Source: a virus. Taken from it: a stretch of 64,000 nucleotides of DNA. Position numbers and translations under genes: made by a program. Below are positions 26,752 through 37,357 of this stretch, piece after piece (position 1 is the stretch's first letter; each line of letters opens with the position of its first letter). Under the pieces are notes generated by a model that ran no database searches, was not told the origin of the DNA, and saw only the letters and a program-made list of their open reading frames with translations. The stretch covers positions 5,776-69,775 of IMG/VR virus record IMGVR_UViG_3300048924_000586; one strand, given 5' to 3'.

Positions 26752-28807
26752 AGGCCTTACGCCTCCGCCCAAGCTCAATCTGGTTGAATGGGCCGACACC
26801 TATCGTTTTCTGAGCCCAGAGGCGTCGTCCTCGCCGGGCCGCTGGCGCACTTCGAACGTTGAGGTAGCGCGCGGCCCGATGCTGGCTGCCACGGATCCTC
26901 GCATCCATACCGTCACCATCATGTGCTGCACGCAGCTCATGAAGACGGAGCTAATCAACAACGTCGCCGCCTTCTACATCCATCAGGATCCGGCGCCGAT
27001 CATTCTGATTCAGCCGACTACCAAGCTCGGCGAAAGCTGGTCCAAGGACCGCTTCGATAAACTGCGCCGTGACACGCCGGTTATCCGCGACCGTGTCCGC
27101 GAGGCACGCTCGAAAGACAGCGGCACCACGATCCTGCATAAGGACTTCGATGGCGGTCACCTGACCATTGTCGGTGCGAATAGCCCGGTTGATCTGGCGT
27201 CGCGTCCTATCCGCGTGGTGCTCGCCGACGAAATCGACAAATACCCGGCCAGCGCCGGCAAGGAAGGCGATCCGCTCTCACTTGCTGAGGAACGCGCTGC
27301 ATCGTTCTGGAATCGCAAGTTCATTAGAGCTTGCTCGCCGACGATTGCCGGCAATTCGAAAATCGAATCCGAGTACGAGGCGTCCGATCAGCGGAAGCCG
27401 TTCCTGCCTTGCCCTCATTGTGAGGCTTTGCAGGTCTTAGAGTTCGAGCGGGTCCGGTGGGATAAATCGGCCGACGGTCAACATCTGCCGGCGACAGCGA
27501 AATATCACTGCGTGGAATGCGAGAAGCCTTGGGAGGAGACGGCACGCCAGCGAATGCTGAGAACGCCGAACTCAATTACTTGGCGCCAGACCGCGACCTT
27601 CATGTGCTGTGGTGATGAACAGTCACCATCCAAATGGGATGCCGAGGGCCGATCTCTCTGCAAATATTGCGATAAGCGCTCAGCGTTTGACGGACATGCT
27701 GGCTTCTGGGCATCCAAGCTCTATTCGCCTTGGGGCGGTCTGGACGACGTCGCGCGAAAATGGCTTAAAGCTAGTGGTTCCAAGAGCAGCGAATTGCTCA
27801 AGACCTTCTTCAATACGCAGCTCGGCAAGACTTTTCAAATCACCGGTGATGCACCGGAGTGGCGCAAACTTTACGACCGACGAGATCAGCACAGCCTTGG
27901 GACCATTCCACGCGGCGCATGCTTCCTGACCGCAGGGATCGACATCCAGCGTGACCGCATCGAGATGCACGTCTGGGGCTGGGGTCGCGGTCTGGAGTCG
28001 TGGCTCGTCGACGTTGTCGTCTTTGAAGGCGTGACTGCCGATATCGGTCATCAGGTCTGGAAGGATCTGGCGGCGGCGCTCAAGCGGACATGGTCACATG
28101 CTGCCGGCGCCAACCTGCCAATCATGCGGGCGGCGATCGATACAGGTGACGGTCTGACGACTTCGGTCGTTTATGAATGGTGCCGACTGCAAGGTCGAGG
28201 CCAGGTCGTGGCCATCAAAGGTGACCGCGAAAAGCTCAACGCTGTATCGCCGGTCGACGGCCCGAAATGGATGGACGTCAAGGTCAGCGGCAAGAAGATC
28301 AAACGCGGCCTAGCCCTCTATATGGTCTCCGGTCCTTTCTTCAAGCAGGAGCTCTACCGCTACCTGCGGCTCGACAAACCCACCGATGAGGACCTGGCCG
28401 TCGGCGTCTGCTTTCCAGACGGCTACGTCCACATTCCACAGGGAGCAACGGGCGAGTGGGTCGAGCAGCTCGTCGCTGAGCAGCTTGTTACCGAGAAAAA
28501 CAAGATCACTGGTTTCGGCAAACTCCGCTGGGTCAAGACCCGCGAGCGAAACGAGGCACTCGACTGCCGAGTCTATGCACGCTCGATGGTCTGGCTTCTT
28601 GGAGCTGACCGCTGGTCAAATGCTCAATGGTACAAGCTTGAAGTGCAATGCGGCGGCTCTGCCGAGCCAACCGAAAGGCCGGCATTCACTGCAGCACCGG
28701 TACCCCAGTCGAAGCCAGAAGATCCACCGCCACCACCACCAGCAAACGACAATCCTGCACCTCCTCCGGCACGGAAGCCGAAGAAGGCCGCATCATCATG
28801 GCTTTAG
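26681..28807 (+). CDS. Terminase large subunit (GpA family)
   Basis: EWAD, QLMKTE, LADEIDKYP, EGDP, SPT, TAGIDIQ, RNEALDC. Confidence 0.97.
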   Translation: MSYQPLISAGRAKLQARLRQSRLKGLTPPPKLNLVEWADTYRFLSPEASSSPGRWRTSNVEVARGPMLAATDPRIHTVTIMCCTQLMKTELINNVAAFYIHQDPAPIILIQPTTKLGESWSKDRFDKLRRDTPVIRDRVREARSKDSGTTILHKDFDGGHLTIVGANSPVDLASRPIRVVLADEIDKYPASAGKEGDPLSLAEERAASFWNRKFIRACSPTIAGNSKIESEYEASDQRKPFLPCPHCEALQVLEFERVRWDKSADGQHLPATAKYHCVECEKPWEETARQRMLRTPNSITWRQTATFMCCGDEQSPSKWDAEGRSLCKYCDKRSAFDGHAGFWASKLYSPWGGLDDVARKWLKASGSKSSELLKTFFNTQLGKTFQITGDAPEWRKLYDRRDQHSLGTIPRGACFLTAGIDIQRDRIEMHVWGWGRGLESWLVDVVVFEGVTADIGHQVWKDLAAALKRTWSHAAGANLPIMRAAIDTGDGLTTSVVYEWCRLQGRGQVVAIKGDREKLNAVSPVDGPKWMDVKVSGKKIKRGLALYMVSGPFFKQELYRYLRLDKPTDEDLAVGVCFPDGYVHIPQGATGEWVEQLVAEQLVTEKNKITGFGKLRWVKTRERNEALDCRVYARSMVWLLGADRWSNAQWYKLEVQCGGSAEPTERPAFTAAPVPQSKPEDPPPPPPANDNPAPPPARKPKKAASSWL

Positions 28808-28816
28808 GAGGCAATC

Positions 28817-29008
28817 ATGGCTGACAATTCTGCACAGATTGCCGCCCTTCGAGACGCTATCTCGCAAGGTGCCCGTCGTGTCGTTTTTCGAGACGGCGGC
28901 ACCCACCGCGAGGTGGAATATCACTCGCTGAAAGACATGCGGGATACACTGGAATGGCTAGAGGCGCAGCAGTCTCGCAAGTCGCGTGTAACGCTGGCGG
29001 CATTCTGA
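28817..29008 (+). CDS. gpW-like head-tail joining protein
   Basis: Between terminase and portal; AISQGARRV..VEYHSL.DM. Confidence 0.85.
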   Translation: MADNSAQIAALRDAISQGARRVVFRDGGTHREVEYHSLKDMRDTLEWLEAQQSRKSRVTLAAF

Positions 29009-29012
29009 GACC

Positions 29013-30530
29013 ATGGGATCAGCAAATCTGCTTGACCGCGCCATTGCGGTGGTGGCGCCGCGCACTGCTGCGCGTCGTGTCGCTGCCCGAAGGGCGTTCG
29101 ATGTCATGTCGCGAGGCTACGACGGTGCTAACCGTGACCGCCTTCGTAATAGCTGGCGCTCGCACAACACGAGCGCAGACACCGAGATCGCTGCCGCCGG
29201 CTCGCTTTTGCGAGACCGCATGCGCGATCTAGTCCGCAACAATCCTTACGCTGCGAATGCTCTCGCCGTCCTCGTTACCCACGCCGTTGGCGCCGGTATC
29301 GTACCGCGGTCGAAGGACAAGAAGGTCAACAAGCTCTTTGCTGACTGGATGAAGCAGTGCGATGCCGATGGTCATCTCGACTTTCACGGCATTATCTCGC
29401 TCGCTACCCGCGAGATGCTCGAGTCTGGCACCGGGATGGTTCGCCGTCGCAGGCGCCTTGCCGAGGATGGCTTGGCAGTTCCGCTGCAGCTTCAGGTCTT
29501 GGAAGTCGATCACCTCGACGCTACCAGGCACGGCGAGTTGGCTACCGGCCGACGCGCCTCGTACGGTATCGAGTACAATGGCATTGGCAAGACCACTGCC
29601 TACTGGCTCTTTCCGAACCATCCCGGCAGCACAGCACTTACGTCGACGACCTCGTTGTCGTCGGTGTCGGTACCCGCCGAGGATATCGTTTTTGGCTTCA
29701 AGAAGCTGCGGGCAGGGCAGTCGCAGGGCGTTCCGTGGGGGCATGCAGCCGTCACGTCGCTCTATGACCTGTCCGGATATGAACAATCCGAGCTCGTCCG
29801 CAAGCGTCTAGAATCGTGCATGGTTGGTGTTGTCACCGGCGGTGATGACGAGGGTGGAATTGGCCTGCCTATGGGCGACGACGACGTTCCGGGTGTTTAT
29901 AACGCCGACGGAGAGATCGTCGAAAAGTTCGCGCCCGGCATGCTTTATCACGCTCGCGGCGGCAGGGACATTAAGTTCACACAGCCGGCGAACACGGCGA
30001 ACTACGATTCCTACAAGACCTCCATGCTTCACACAATCGCCGTCGGCTTTCATGTGCCGCACGCCTTCCTCTCTGGAAGGCTGGACAAGGTCAATTACTC
30101 GTCGAGCAAAATCGGCCTTGAGACCTACAAGAAGATCATTGATGACCTGCAGTGGCAGGTGATCATCCCGATGATCTGCCAGCCTCTTTGGGACTGGTTC
30201 TGCGAAGCTGCATTCTGGGCTGGCAAGATCAAGACGCGCAAAGTTGCCGTCGAATGGTCTCCGCCCCGATTCCCGAGCGCCGACGAGGCCAAGGATGTGG
30301 CGGCACGCGTCGCAGCGGTTCGTTCCGGTCTGCTCAATCCATTGGTCGCCATCGCTGAGACTGGCTTCACGCCGGAGGAGGTCATTGCTGGCTTCGTCGA
30401 GTGGAACGCCTTGCTGGACGATAACAAGCTGATCTTTGATTCCGACCCGCGTCGAATGTCGCAGGCCGGCCAGACACAGCAGGACGCTGACGCCGACAAA
30501 GCTGACGCCTCCATTGAGGACACCTCATGA
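29013..30530 (+). CDS. Portal protein (lambda family)
   Basis: RMRDLVRNNPYA, LQLQVLE.DHLD, R.GQ.QGVPW, VNYSS. Confidence 0.96.
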   Translation: MGSANLLDRAIAVVAPRTAARRVAARRAFDVMSRGYDGANRDRLRNSWRSHNTSADTEIAAAGSLLRDRMRDLVRNNPYAANALAVLVTHAVGAGIVPRSKDKKVNKLFADWMKQCDADGHLDFHGIISLATREMLESGTGMVRRRRRLAEDGLAVPLQLQVLEVDHLDATRHGELATGRRASYGIEYNGIGKTTAYWLFPNHPGSTALTSTTSLSSVSVPAEDIVFGFKKLRAGQSQGVPWGHAAVTSLYDLSGYEQSELVRKRLESCMVGVVTGGDDEGGIGLPMGDDDVPGVYNADGEIVEKFAPGMLYHARGGRDIKFTQPANTANYDSYKTSMLHTIAVGFHVPHAFLSGRLDKVNYSSSKIGLETYKKIIDDLQWQVIIPMICQPLWDWFCEAAFWAGKIKTRKVAVEWSPPRFPSADEAKDVAARVAAVRSGLLNPLVAIAETGFTPEEVIAGFVEWNALLDDNKLIFDSDPRRMSQAGQTQQDADADKADASIEDTS

Positions 30531-31159
30531 CAGACAAAAACGTGAGCCTGCCGAAGTTCGGCAGGAACGCCGAGGTGCGTTCTGCGTCGTTCGACGAAGC
30601 GGACAACACCATTGAAGTCATCTGGACGACTGGCGCCGCCGTGCGCCGGTGGTCTTGGCGACATGAGCGCTACTATTCGGAAGTTCTGGAGGTTACGCCG
30701 CAGGCGATCCGACTGGAGCGGCTGAATGCAGGCGCACCATTCCTCGATACCCACGACGATTGGTCTCTCCGGTCGGTCATCGGATCCGTCGTGCCTGGCT
30801 CGGCCAAGATCGAAGGCGGCAAGGGTTACGCCCGCGTCAAGCTTTCGCGTGCAGCTGAAGACACTGCGATCGTCGAGAAGATCAAGGACGGCATCATCCG
30901 TAACATCAGCGTCGGTTACGCAATCCACAAGGTCGTGAAAACCGACTCGGATGGCGACGGTACCGATGAAGAATGGCGCGTCGTTGACTGGGAGCCGCTG
31001 GAAATCAGCGCTGTCCCAGTACCAGCGGACGCCGGGTCTCAGATCCGCAAAGACGAGCAGAAGCTCATCCCCTGCGAGTTTGTAGGCGAACAGGCCACAG
31101 GCCGAAACGAAGCGCGCCGAATCCGAATGGCGATGCGTCACCGTCAGTCCGTGGCTTAG
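30527..31159 (+). CDS. Prohead protease (HK97-type)
   Basis: APFLDTH, DGIIRNISVGY, WEPLEISAVPVPAD. Confidence 0.92.
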   Translation: MTDKNVSLPKFGRNAEVRSASFDEADNTIEVIWTTGAAVRRWSWRHERYYSEVLEVTPQAIRLERLNAGAPFLDTHDDWSLRSVIGSVVPGSAKIEGGKGYARVKLSRAAEDTAIVEKIKDGIIRNISVGYAIHKVVKTDSDGDGTDEEWRVVDWEPLEISAVPVPADAGSQIRKDEQKLIPCEFVGEQATGRNEARRIRMAMRHRQSVA

Positions 31160-31188
31160 GCACGGCCCTCTTTTTTTAGGAATACCAT

Positions 31189-32745
31189 ATGACACTTCGT
31201 GAGAAGCTGGCCCTGCTGGAAAAGCGCGCCGCTGACAAGCTTGCCGAAATCAAGGACGACACCGCAGCTGACGCTGCCCGCGCGATCGAAAAGGATCACG
31301 AAGGCATTCTGGCGGAAATTGCCGAAGTCCGAAAGCAGATCGCAGCCGCTGATGCCGCTGAGGATGCTGCCCGCGCTGCACCGCGTCAGGACCAGACCCC
31401 GCCGGTCGACGTCGATGCTGCTATCCGTAAGGCCCTCGACACCGAACACAAGCGCGCATCCGAAATCCGCACGCTCGCCAAAGAAGCCGGTGAGGCTGAG
31501 CTCGGCGACGAGCACATCGACAAGCGATCGAGCGTCGAGCAGTTCCGATCTGCACTTCTGGAAAAGATGATGAAGCGCGAAGCACCCGCCACCGACAACC
31601 GCAGCCCGGCCAATGTCGGCGAAGAGCATCACGAGAAGCGCGCCTCCGCCATGCGCGAGGCGCTCGCTCACCGCGCCGACCCGTCAAAGCCTCTGGGCGA
31701 CGGCGGCCGCGAGTATCGTGGCTTCTCGCTGATGGATATGGCCCGCGAGGCACTGGAAACCCGCGGCGTGAAGACGCGCGGCATGTCCCGTGACGAGATC
31801 GCTGGCGCCGCTCTCGCTCAGCGTTCCGGCTATGGCTCGACATCCGACTTCCCGATTATCCTCGGCAATGTGGTCAATACTACCCTGCGCGCTGGCTATG
31901 AGGCTGCCGGCCAGACCTTCCGTCCGCTGATCCGCGAGACGACGGTCGCCGACTTCAAGGCCATCAACCGCGCCCAGCTTGGTGAAGGTCCAGCCTTCGA
32001 CAAGGTGAGCGAGTCCGGCGAATTCAAGCGTGGAACCGTCGCTGAAGGCAAGGAATCCTACAAGATTGCGACCTTCGGTAAGGTCATCGCCATCACCCGC
32101 CAGGTCATCATCAATGATGATATGAACGCGTTCAGCCGCATCCCACAGCTGATGGGTGGCGCGGCCGCGCAGCTGGAAAGCGATCTCGTGTGGGCTCAGA
32201 TCCTCTCCAACCCAGCAATGGGCGACGGCAAGCAGCTGTTCAGCGCTGATCACAAGAACGTGCTGGCCGCAGCTGCTTTCGGCGTTGCCTCGCTCGGCAA
32301 GGGTCGCGCTCAGATGGCGAAGCAGGTCGGCCTCGACGGCAAGACTGTGCTGAACATCCGTCCGCAGTTCCTGATCGTGCCCGTCGAACTCGAAACGACT
32401 GCCGAGCAGGTGCTGAAGTCCACCTTCTTCGCCGATGACGCTTCCAAGGTCGCGACGGAATCCATGCGCAAGCTGCAGATCATTGCTGAGGCTCGCCTTG
32501 ACAATGGCATCAGCAACCCGGCCGCTGTGTCTTCGAAGATCGATGGGTCGACGACCGCCTGGTATCTGGCCGCATCGCCCGCACAGGTCGACACGGTCGA
32601 GCTTGCCTATCTCGAAGGCAACCGAGGCGTCTACATCGAGACCCGTCAGGGCTTCGACGTCGATGGTCTCGAAGTCAAGGCTCGCCTTGATGTTGGCGCT
32701 AAGGCCATGGATCACCGCGGCCTCGCCAAGAACGCCGGCGCCTAA
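31189..32745 (+). CDS. Major capsid protein with N-terminal scaffold
   Basis: STSDFP.IL, V.DFK, V.ESGEFK, TFGK...TRQVIINDD, EL AYLEG. Confidence 0.93.
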   Translation: MTLREKLALLEKRAADKLAEIKDDTAADAARAIEKDHEGILAEIAEVRKQIAAADAAEDAARAAPRQDQTPPVDVDAAIRKALDTEHKRASEIRTLAKEAGEAELGDEHIDKRSSVEQFRSALLEKMMKREAPATDNRSPANVGEEHHEKRASAMREALAHRADPSKPLGDGGREYRGFSLMDMAREALETRGVKTRGMSRDEIAGAALAQRSGYGSTSDFPIILGNVVNTTLRAGYEAAGQTFRPLIRETTVADFKAINRAQLGEGPAFDKVSESGEFKRGTVAEGKESYKIATFGKVIAITRQVIINDDMNAFSRIPQLMGGAAAQLESDLVWAQILSNPAMGDGKQLFSADHKNVLAAAAFGVASLGKGRAQMAKQVGLDGKTVLNIRPQFLIVPVELETTAEQVLKSTFFADDASKVATESMRKLQIIAEARLDNGISNPAAVSSKIDGSTTAWYLAASPAQVDTVELAYLEGNRGVYIETRQGFDVDGLEVKARLDVGAKAMDHRGLAKNAGA

Positions 32746-32793
32746 TCTTCAAAGGGCGGCCTAGTGCCGCCCGACATCCTTTCGGAGAAACAG

Positions 32794-33120
32794 ATGAAGA
32801 ATTACATTCAGCCGGGCAACACTGTCACGGTAACCGCTCCCTATGACGTTGTGTCTGGCGGCGGCGTTCTGGTCGGCACTATCTTTGGTGTCGCCGCAAC
32901 GACTGCAAAGGCCGGCGAATCTGTCGAGATCAAGCTCAACGGCGTCTACGAACTCGGCAAGACTTCCGCTCAGGCGTGGGCGTTCGGTGCGCTCGCGTAT
33001 TGGGACGACACCAACAAGCTCGTCACGACGACCGCATCGGGCAACACGCTCATCGGCAAGACGCTCGGCGTGGCAGCCAACCCGTCAGCCACCGGCATCG
33101 TACGACTGTCGGCAGCGTAA
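32794..33120 (+). CDS. DUF2190 capsid cement protein
   Basis: MKNYIQPG.T, FGVA, GVYEL.K, YWD. Confidence 0.9.
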   Translation: MKNYIQPGNTVTVTAPYDVVSGGGVLVGTIFGVAATTAKAGESVEIKLNGVYELGKTSAQAWAFGALAYWDDTNKLVTTTASGNTLIGKTLGVAANPSATGIVRLSAA

Positions 33121-33482
33121 TGGTCAACTGGCGCGCCTTGGAGGCGGGAGTGGATCGCAAAATGGCGGCCACCTTCGGCGAAGAGGTGCGTCTGGCCTTC
33201 AAGAACAGCGGAGTGGCCGACAGCGGCCGCCCCGACATTGATATCCGAGCCGTGCTTTACACGGCAGGGAACATACCGACCGCGCTCGGTCCCGGCTTCA
33301 CCACGATGGTGTCCGCAGGCCAAGGCATATTGGCCATCAACCGGTCTGAATACTCAGGACCCGATATCTTCCCGAAAGACAAGGTCCGCGCCACTGAGCG
33401 CGCCGGACAGCCTTGGTGGGAAGTTGCCGATGTCACGAGCCGGCACTCGAACTTGATTGTCCTGACGCTAACGCAAAAATGA
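33120..33482 (+). CDS. Head-tail joining protein
   Basis: Position and size; TAATG coupling. Confidence 0.65.
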   Translation: MVNWRALEAGVDRKMAATFGEEVRLAFKNSGVADSGRPDIDIRAVLYTAGNIPTALGPGFTTMVSAGQGILAINRSEYSGPDIFPKDKVRATERAGQPWWEVADVTSRHSNLIVLTLTQK

Positions 33483-33492
33483 GGAGGGCGGC

Positions 33493-34287
33493 ATGTCGCT
33501 GGTTCGTATTGCCGCTCGCATCGCAGCTGTTCAAGCTCTTAAGGGGCAGACGTCAGTGGGCGACAACGTTCTCGACAGCGAGATCGGTGCGCTCGACGTC
33601 GATGGTGACGGCAACCTTCGCAGCACCAAGCCGAAGCCGTTCATCTCGGTATATACTGATGAAGCTCGCGCGGATGACAACCAGCTGCGGGCATGGGTCG
33701 GAAACGGCCGGACAGAATTTCTCTTTGAGGCCGGCGTCACAGCTGCGCACGCGGACACCGATACAGAGACGGGCGACAGCCTTCTCTATCCAGGCGTCCC
33801 AGACACGGATGCTGCGTTTGAATTTCATTTGGACTTGATAGCGCGCCAGATTGGCGATGCCTTGTCCGATCCAGAGAATGAATGGGCGGAGATTTTCCGC
33901 AAATTCACCAAGACGATTGTGCGCATCGAGCGCTCGCGCACAAGCAGCGGCGCAAAGGACGGCACCCGTTTGGCGGCCCATCAGGTCAAGGTCACGGTCG
34001 AGCTGGTGTCGGATCCCCCAAAGGGCGAGCCGCTCAGTGCCAGAGGACCTATGGCATTATTCTTCGCGAAGGCTGCCGAGCTGCCGGGACTATCTGGCCG
34101 CATCTCGCTCATGCAGGCGCAACTGATTGGAGCTCCTCTGGAATGGGAAGCGTCAATGCGCCGTTTCGGTATCGCTCACAGCGAAGCGGATTCGTTGCTC
34201 ATCACGCCGGCAACAGGTGCGGACGGTGGCTTACCGATCGTTGCTGTCAACGCGCAGCCGGCACAGATCGCAGGAGGTCAGGTATGA
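33493..34287 (+). CDS. Virion neck/tail-completion protein
   Basis: Position; [14 protein letters not shown]. Confidence 0.65.
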   Translation: MSLVRIAARIAAVQALKGQTSVGDNVLDSEIGALDVDGDGNLRSTKPKPFISVYTDEARADDNQLRAWVGNGRTEFLFEAGVTAAHADTDTETGDSLLYPGVPDTDAAFEFHLDLIARQIGDALSDPENEWAEIFRKFTKTIVRIERSRTSSGAKDGTRLAAHQVKVTVELVSDPPKGEPLSARGPMALFFAKAAELPGLSGRISLMQAQLIGAPLEWEASMRRFGIAHSEADSLLITPATGADGGLPIVAVNAQPAQIAGGQV

Positions 34288-34712
34288 TCCCATCGACTTT
34301 GCCGGACCAGATCTCAGACTTGTATTTTCGGATCGCTGAAGTCGAGAGACGCGCGCGCAACCGAAAGCGTAAAGGCACAGTGGCCGAGATCGGCACAGGT
34401 GAAGACGCTGGCAAGTATCGCGCTCAGCTTTCCGACCAGAACGGCAAGCCGTTTCTAACCGGGTGGCTGAAGACGCGACAACTCGGCGCCGGCGGGGTCA
34501 AGATCGACATCATGCTTACCAAGGGTGAGCAGGTGGACATTATTTCCGAAAGTGGCGACCTGACAGACGCTCAGATAGATTTTTCGACGTATAGCGACGA
34601 CAACAAGCGTGAGAACAGCGACACGCCGCTGCACATCAAGATCGGTGAGACCGTCCTTGCTGTTTCGAACGAAGGCGTCACCATCACAGCCGGCGTCGGA
34701 CACCTTGCCTGA
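34284..34712 (+). CDS. Baseplate spike protein (gpV-like)
   Basis: [23 protein letters not shown]. Confidence 0.8.
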   Translation: MIPSTLPDQISDLYFRIAEVERRARNRKRKGTVAEIGTGEDAGKYRAQLSDQNGKPFLTGWLKTRQLGAGGVKIDIMLTKGEQVDIISESGDLTDAQIDFSTYSDDNKRENSDTPLHIKIGETVLAVSNEGVTITAGVGHLA

Positions 34713-34969
34713 TGCCGCGCATCGCACGGCTTGGTGACAGCGGCACGCATGGTGGCTCGATCATAAGCGCTGCGTCGAAATGGAAATGTGAAGGCGCGCT
34801 GATCGCTCGCACAGGCGACCTTTACGCCTGTCCAATTCACGGAACAAACCCGATCGTCGGCGGCTCGTCGAAGTGGAAATGCGAAGACGCTGACATAGCC
34901 AGGCACGGTGATGCAACGGCCTGCGGTGCGACGCTCATTTCTGGCGCCTCGAAGTGGGAGTGCGACTAA
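34712..34969 (+). CDS. PAAR-domain spike tip protein
   Basis: IARLGD/IARTGD/IARHGD repeats, CPIHG, CGATLI. Confidence 0.92.
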   Translation: MPRIARLGDSGTHGGSIISAASKWKCEGALIARTGDLYACPIHGTNPIVGGSSKWKCEDADIARHGDATACGATLISGASKWECD

Positions 34970-35343
34970 TGTCCGATTCAGCTGGCGTGAATGTCGGAAA
35001 TGGCAACCGGCTGACAAACTGGCAGCACGTCCAGCAGTCGATCCACAAAATCCTTACGACCCGGCTCAACACGCGCGTCATGCGTCGTGACTTCGGTTCG
35101 GAACTTCCTGATCTGATCGACGCCAAGATGATTGGTCGAAATGTCCTCGCCGTCTACTCGGCTGCGGCGACAGCGATCAAACGCTGGGAGCCTCGCTACC
35201 GAGTGAGGGCAGCTCGCGTCACGAACCTGACTGCCGGCGGACAGGTCACCCTTGAGCTGTTCGGGCTCTATTACCCGCGCGGGCATCTGAACGACTATTC
35301 GATTGTCGAGGATGCCAGCACGCGCATAATCTTTGAGGTGTGA
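34969..35343 (+). CDS. Baseplate wedge gpW/gp25-like protein
   Basis: HVQQSI..ILTT..TRVMRRDFGS, WEPR. Confidence 0.92.
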   Translation: MSDSAGVNVGNGNRLTNWQHVQQSIHKILTTRLNTRVMRRDFGSELPDLIDAKMIGRNVLAVYSAAATAIKRWEPRYRVRAARVTNLTAGGQVTLELFGLYYPRGHLNDYSIVEDASTRIIFEV

Positions 35344-36233
35344 CCTTGGCTTTTTCCGCGATTGATCTCGCTTCCCTGCCGGCACCCACAATTGTCGAAA
35401 CTCTGAATTTCGAGGCAATCCTCAGTGAGAGGAAGGCGTCATTTCAGTCACTCTGGCAGGCGGTTCGAGCATCGAATCCCGATCTCAACCTTCCTGAATA
35501 TGACGTCGGCATGCTCGAAACAGATCCGGTCGTCGTCCTTCTGGAAGAGGAAAGCTACCGCGAGATCATAATGCGCGCCCGCATCAACGCCGCGGCGCGA
35601 TCGAACTTTCTAGCCTTCGCAACCGGCGCAGAACTCGAGCATCTTGCGGCTTTCTACGACGTCGTTCGAATGGTTGGCGAACTTGACGATCGCCTACGTG
35701 AACGCGTCGTCCTCGCGATACAGGGCCGGAGCCCAGGTGGCACGAAGGAGCGCTACAAGTTCGTAGCTATGACGGCGTCGATCGAGGTCGAAGGCGTTGA
35801 GGTCTATCGCGCCGGCAAGTCTCCCGTCGTTCACGTCGCAATCTTCTCAACGGCGGCTGACGGGGTGGCCTCGACTGCTCTTCTGGCCACGGTCACTACG
35901 GCTTTGCAAGCGGCTGACGTTATCATGGTCAATGATACCATCTCGGTTGAATCGGCAGTCCGCATCGTTGTCGACATCGAGGCCGACTACTTCCTTAATC
36001 CTAGCGCTCCGCTTTCGACAAACCTCACCATGGAACAGAACCTCCGCGACACGTGGGCTGCCGTTCAGGCGCTCGGTCGCGATCTTCCGACCAGCTGGTG
36101 GGTCTCGAAACTGATGATTGCCGGTGTCCAGTCGGTGATCCCGCTTGTGCCGATCGAAACTCAAGTTGCTCCGGATTACGCAGCGATCTCGCTCGGGACG
36201 GTCAAACTCAATTACAAGGGTAGGGCGTTCTAG
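35340..36233 (+). CDS. Baseplate J-like protein
   Basis: IDL..LPAP.IVE.L.FE, RARINAAA, DDRLRER. Confidence 0.92.
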   Translation: MTLAFSAIDLASLPAPTIVETLNFEAILSERKASFQSLWQAVRASNPDLNLPEYDVGMLETDPVVVLLEEESYREIIMRARINAAARSNFLAFATGAELEHLAAFYDVVRMVGELDDRLRERVVLAIQGRSPGGTKERYKFVAMTASIEVEGVEVYRAGKSPVVHVAIFSTAADGVASTALLATVTTALQAADVIMVNDTISVESAVRIVVDIEADYFLNPSAPLSTNLTMEQNLRDTWAAVQALGRDLPTSWWVSKLMIAGVQSVIPLVPIETQVAPDYAAISLGTVKLNYKGRAF

Positions 36234-37357
36234 TGGCAGAATCGTTGCTCCCGCCGTCGGGCACTGGTCTCTTCGAAAAGACGTTCGAAGCTTCCGCGTT
36301 CCCACGGTGGGACAGCTTCGACGTATCCGCCGATTTCATTCGTGGCTTGAAGTACAGCGCCGAAATGCCGGCCACTTTCAAGCCGTTCATCATCTATGAA
36401 TATGGGCTGGATGTGCTCCGGCCATTCGTTCCAAACCTCGACGACCTGGTCGACGAGGCGGTCCGCTGGCAGAGGCTCCGGGGCACAACCCGGTCCATAG
36501 AGGTCGCTTTGGGATGGATCGGCTATAGCGCCACCATCGTACAGCAGTCGCCAACGCGGAATTGGTGGAACAGCTTCCAGCTCTATTTCACAGACCTTCC
36601 GCGATACGATTTTCCCGACCTGGTGCAGATCGAGGGTGTCGTTGATCTCTCCGTGCCCGTGCGATCGATGTTTCGACGCGGTGTTCACGGTTACGACGTC
36701 ACCGCACTGGTGGAAGACAACGGCCGCCTTGATGGTTCGTTGCTGGATTTTGAGAGCGGTACGACCTACGCTGACGGCGACACCCTGTGGTCTTTCGGTC
36801 GTCTGACGGAAATCGAGCACGTCCTTGAGGAGGATGAAGGTGTAGCAATAGGCAACTGGCTTGCCGAGACTGGCGACGGCGGCATTCCGTGGGTCTCGAT
36901 GACCTATCCATGGGTAAGCGCGCAATTCCAATGGGCACTCAATCCCGAGGCTCAGCGCCGCGTCCTGTTGGCATCGTTCTTCAGGGAATTTCCTTCGGTC
37001 TACATGGAATTCATCGGAGACGATGACGTCACCATTGGCTACCGAAAGTGCAAGGTCGCGCAGGTGCGAGCTACCGCCGGCGGCGACTACACGTATGGTG
37101 GGGTCCGTTACGCGCCGATGACATCGGGCGACGCCGTCTACATCGAGGCTCGAACAGGCTTCAACGACGTCGATGCATGGAGAGCGACAAAGGTTCGCCT
37201 GGTATCCAGAGCGGTTCTTGCGCCCGGTATCCCAGCCGGTCGGCTGTGGCTTCATCCCGGCGACATCGTGTCCGGCCCGACATTCTCCGAAACACCATTC
37301 GACTTATCGATGCGCCTCACGGTGCGAGATCAGGTCAAGATACTCCTGAGGTTTTGA
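36233..37357 (+). CDS. Tail protein I-like baseplate protein
   Basis: SLLPP start, WQRLRGT..I..AL. Confidence 0.8.
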   Translation: MAESLLPPSGTGLFEKTFEASAFPRWDSFDVSADFIRGLKYSAEMPATFKPFIIYEYGLDVLRPFVPNLDDLVDEAVRWQRLRGTTRSIEVALGWIGYSATIVQQSPTRNWWNSFQLYFTDLPRYDFPDLVQIEGVVDLSVPVRSMFRRGVHGYDVTALVEDNGRLDGSLLDFESGTTYADGDTLWSFGRLTEIEHVLEEDEGVAIGNWLAETGDGGIPWVSMTYPWVSAQFQWALNPEAQRRVLLASFFREFPSVYMEFIGDDDVTIGYRKCKVAQVRATAGGDYTYGGVRYAPMTSGDAVYIEARTGFNDVDAWRATKVRLVSRAVLAPGIPAGRLWLHPGDIVSGPTFSETPFDLSMRLTVRDQVKILLRF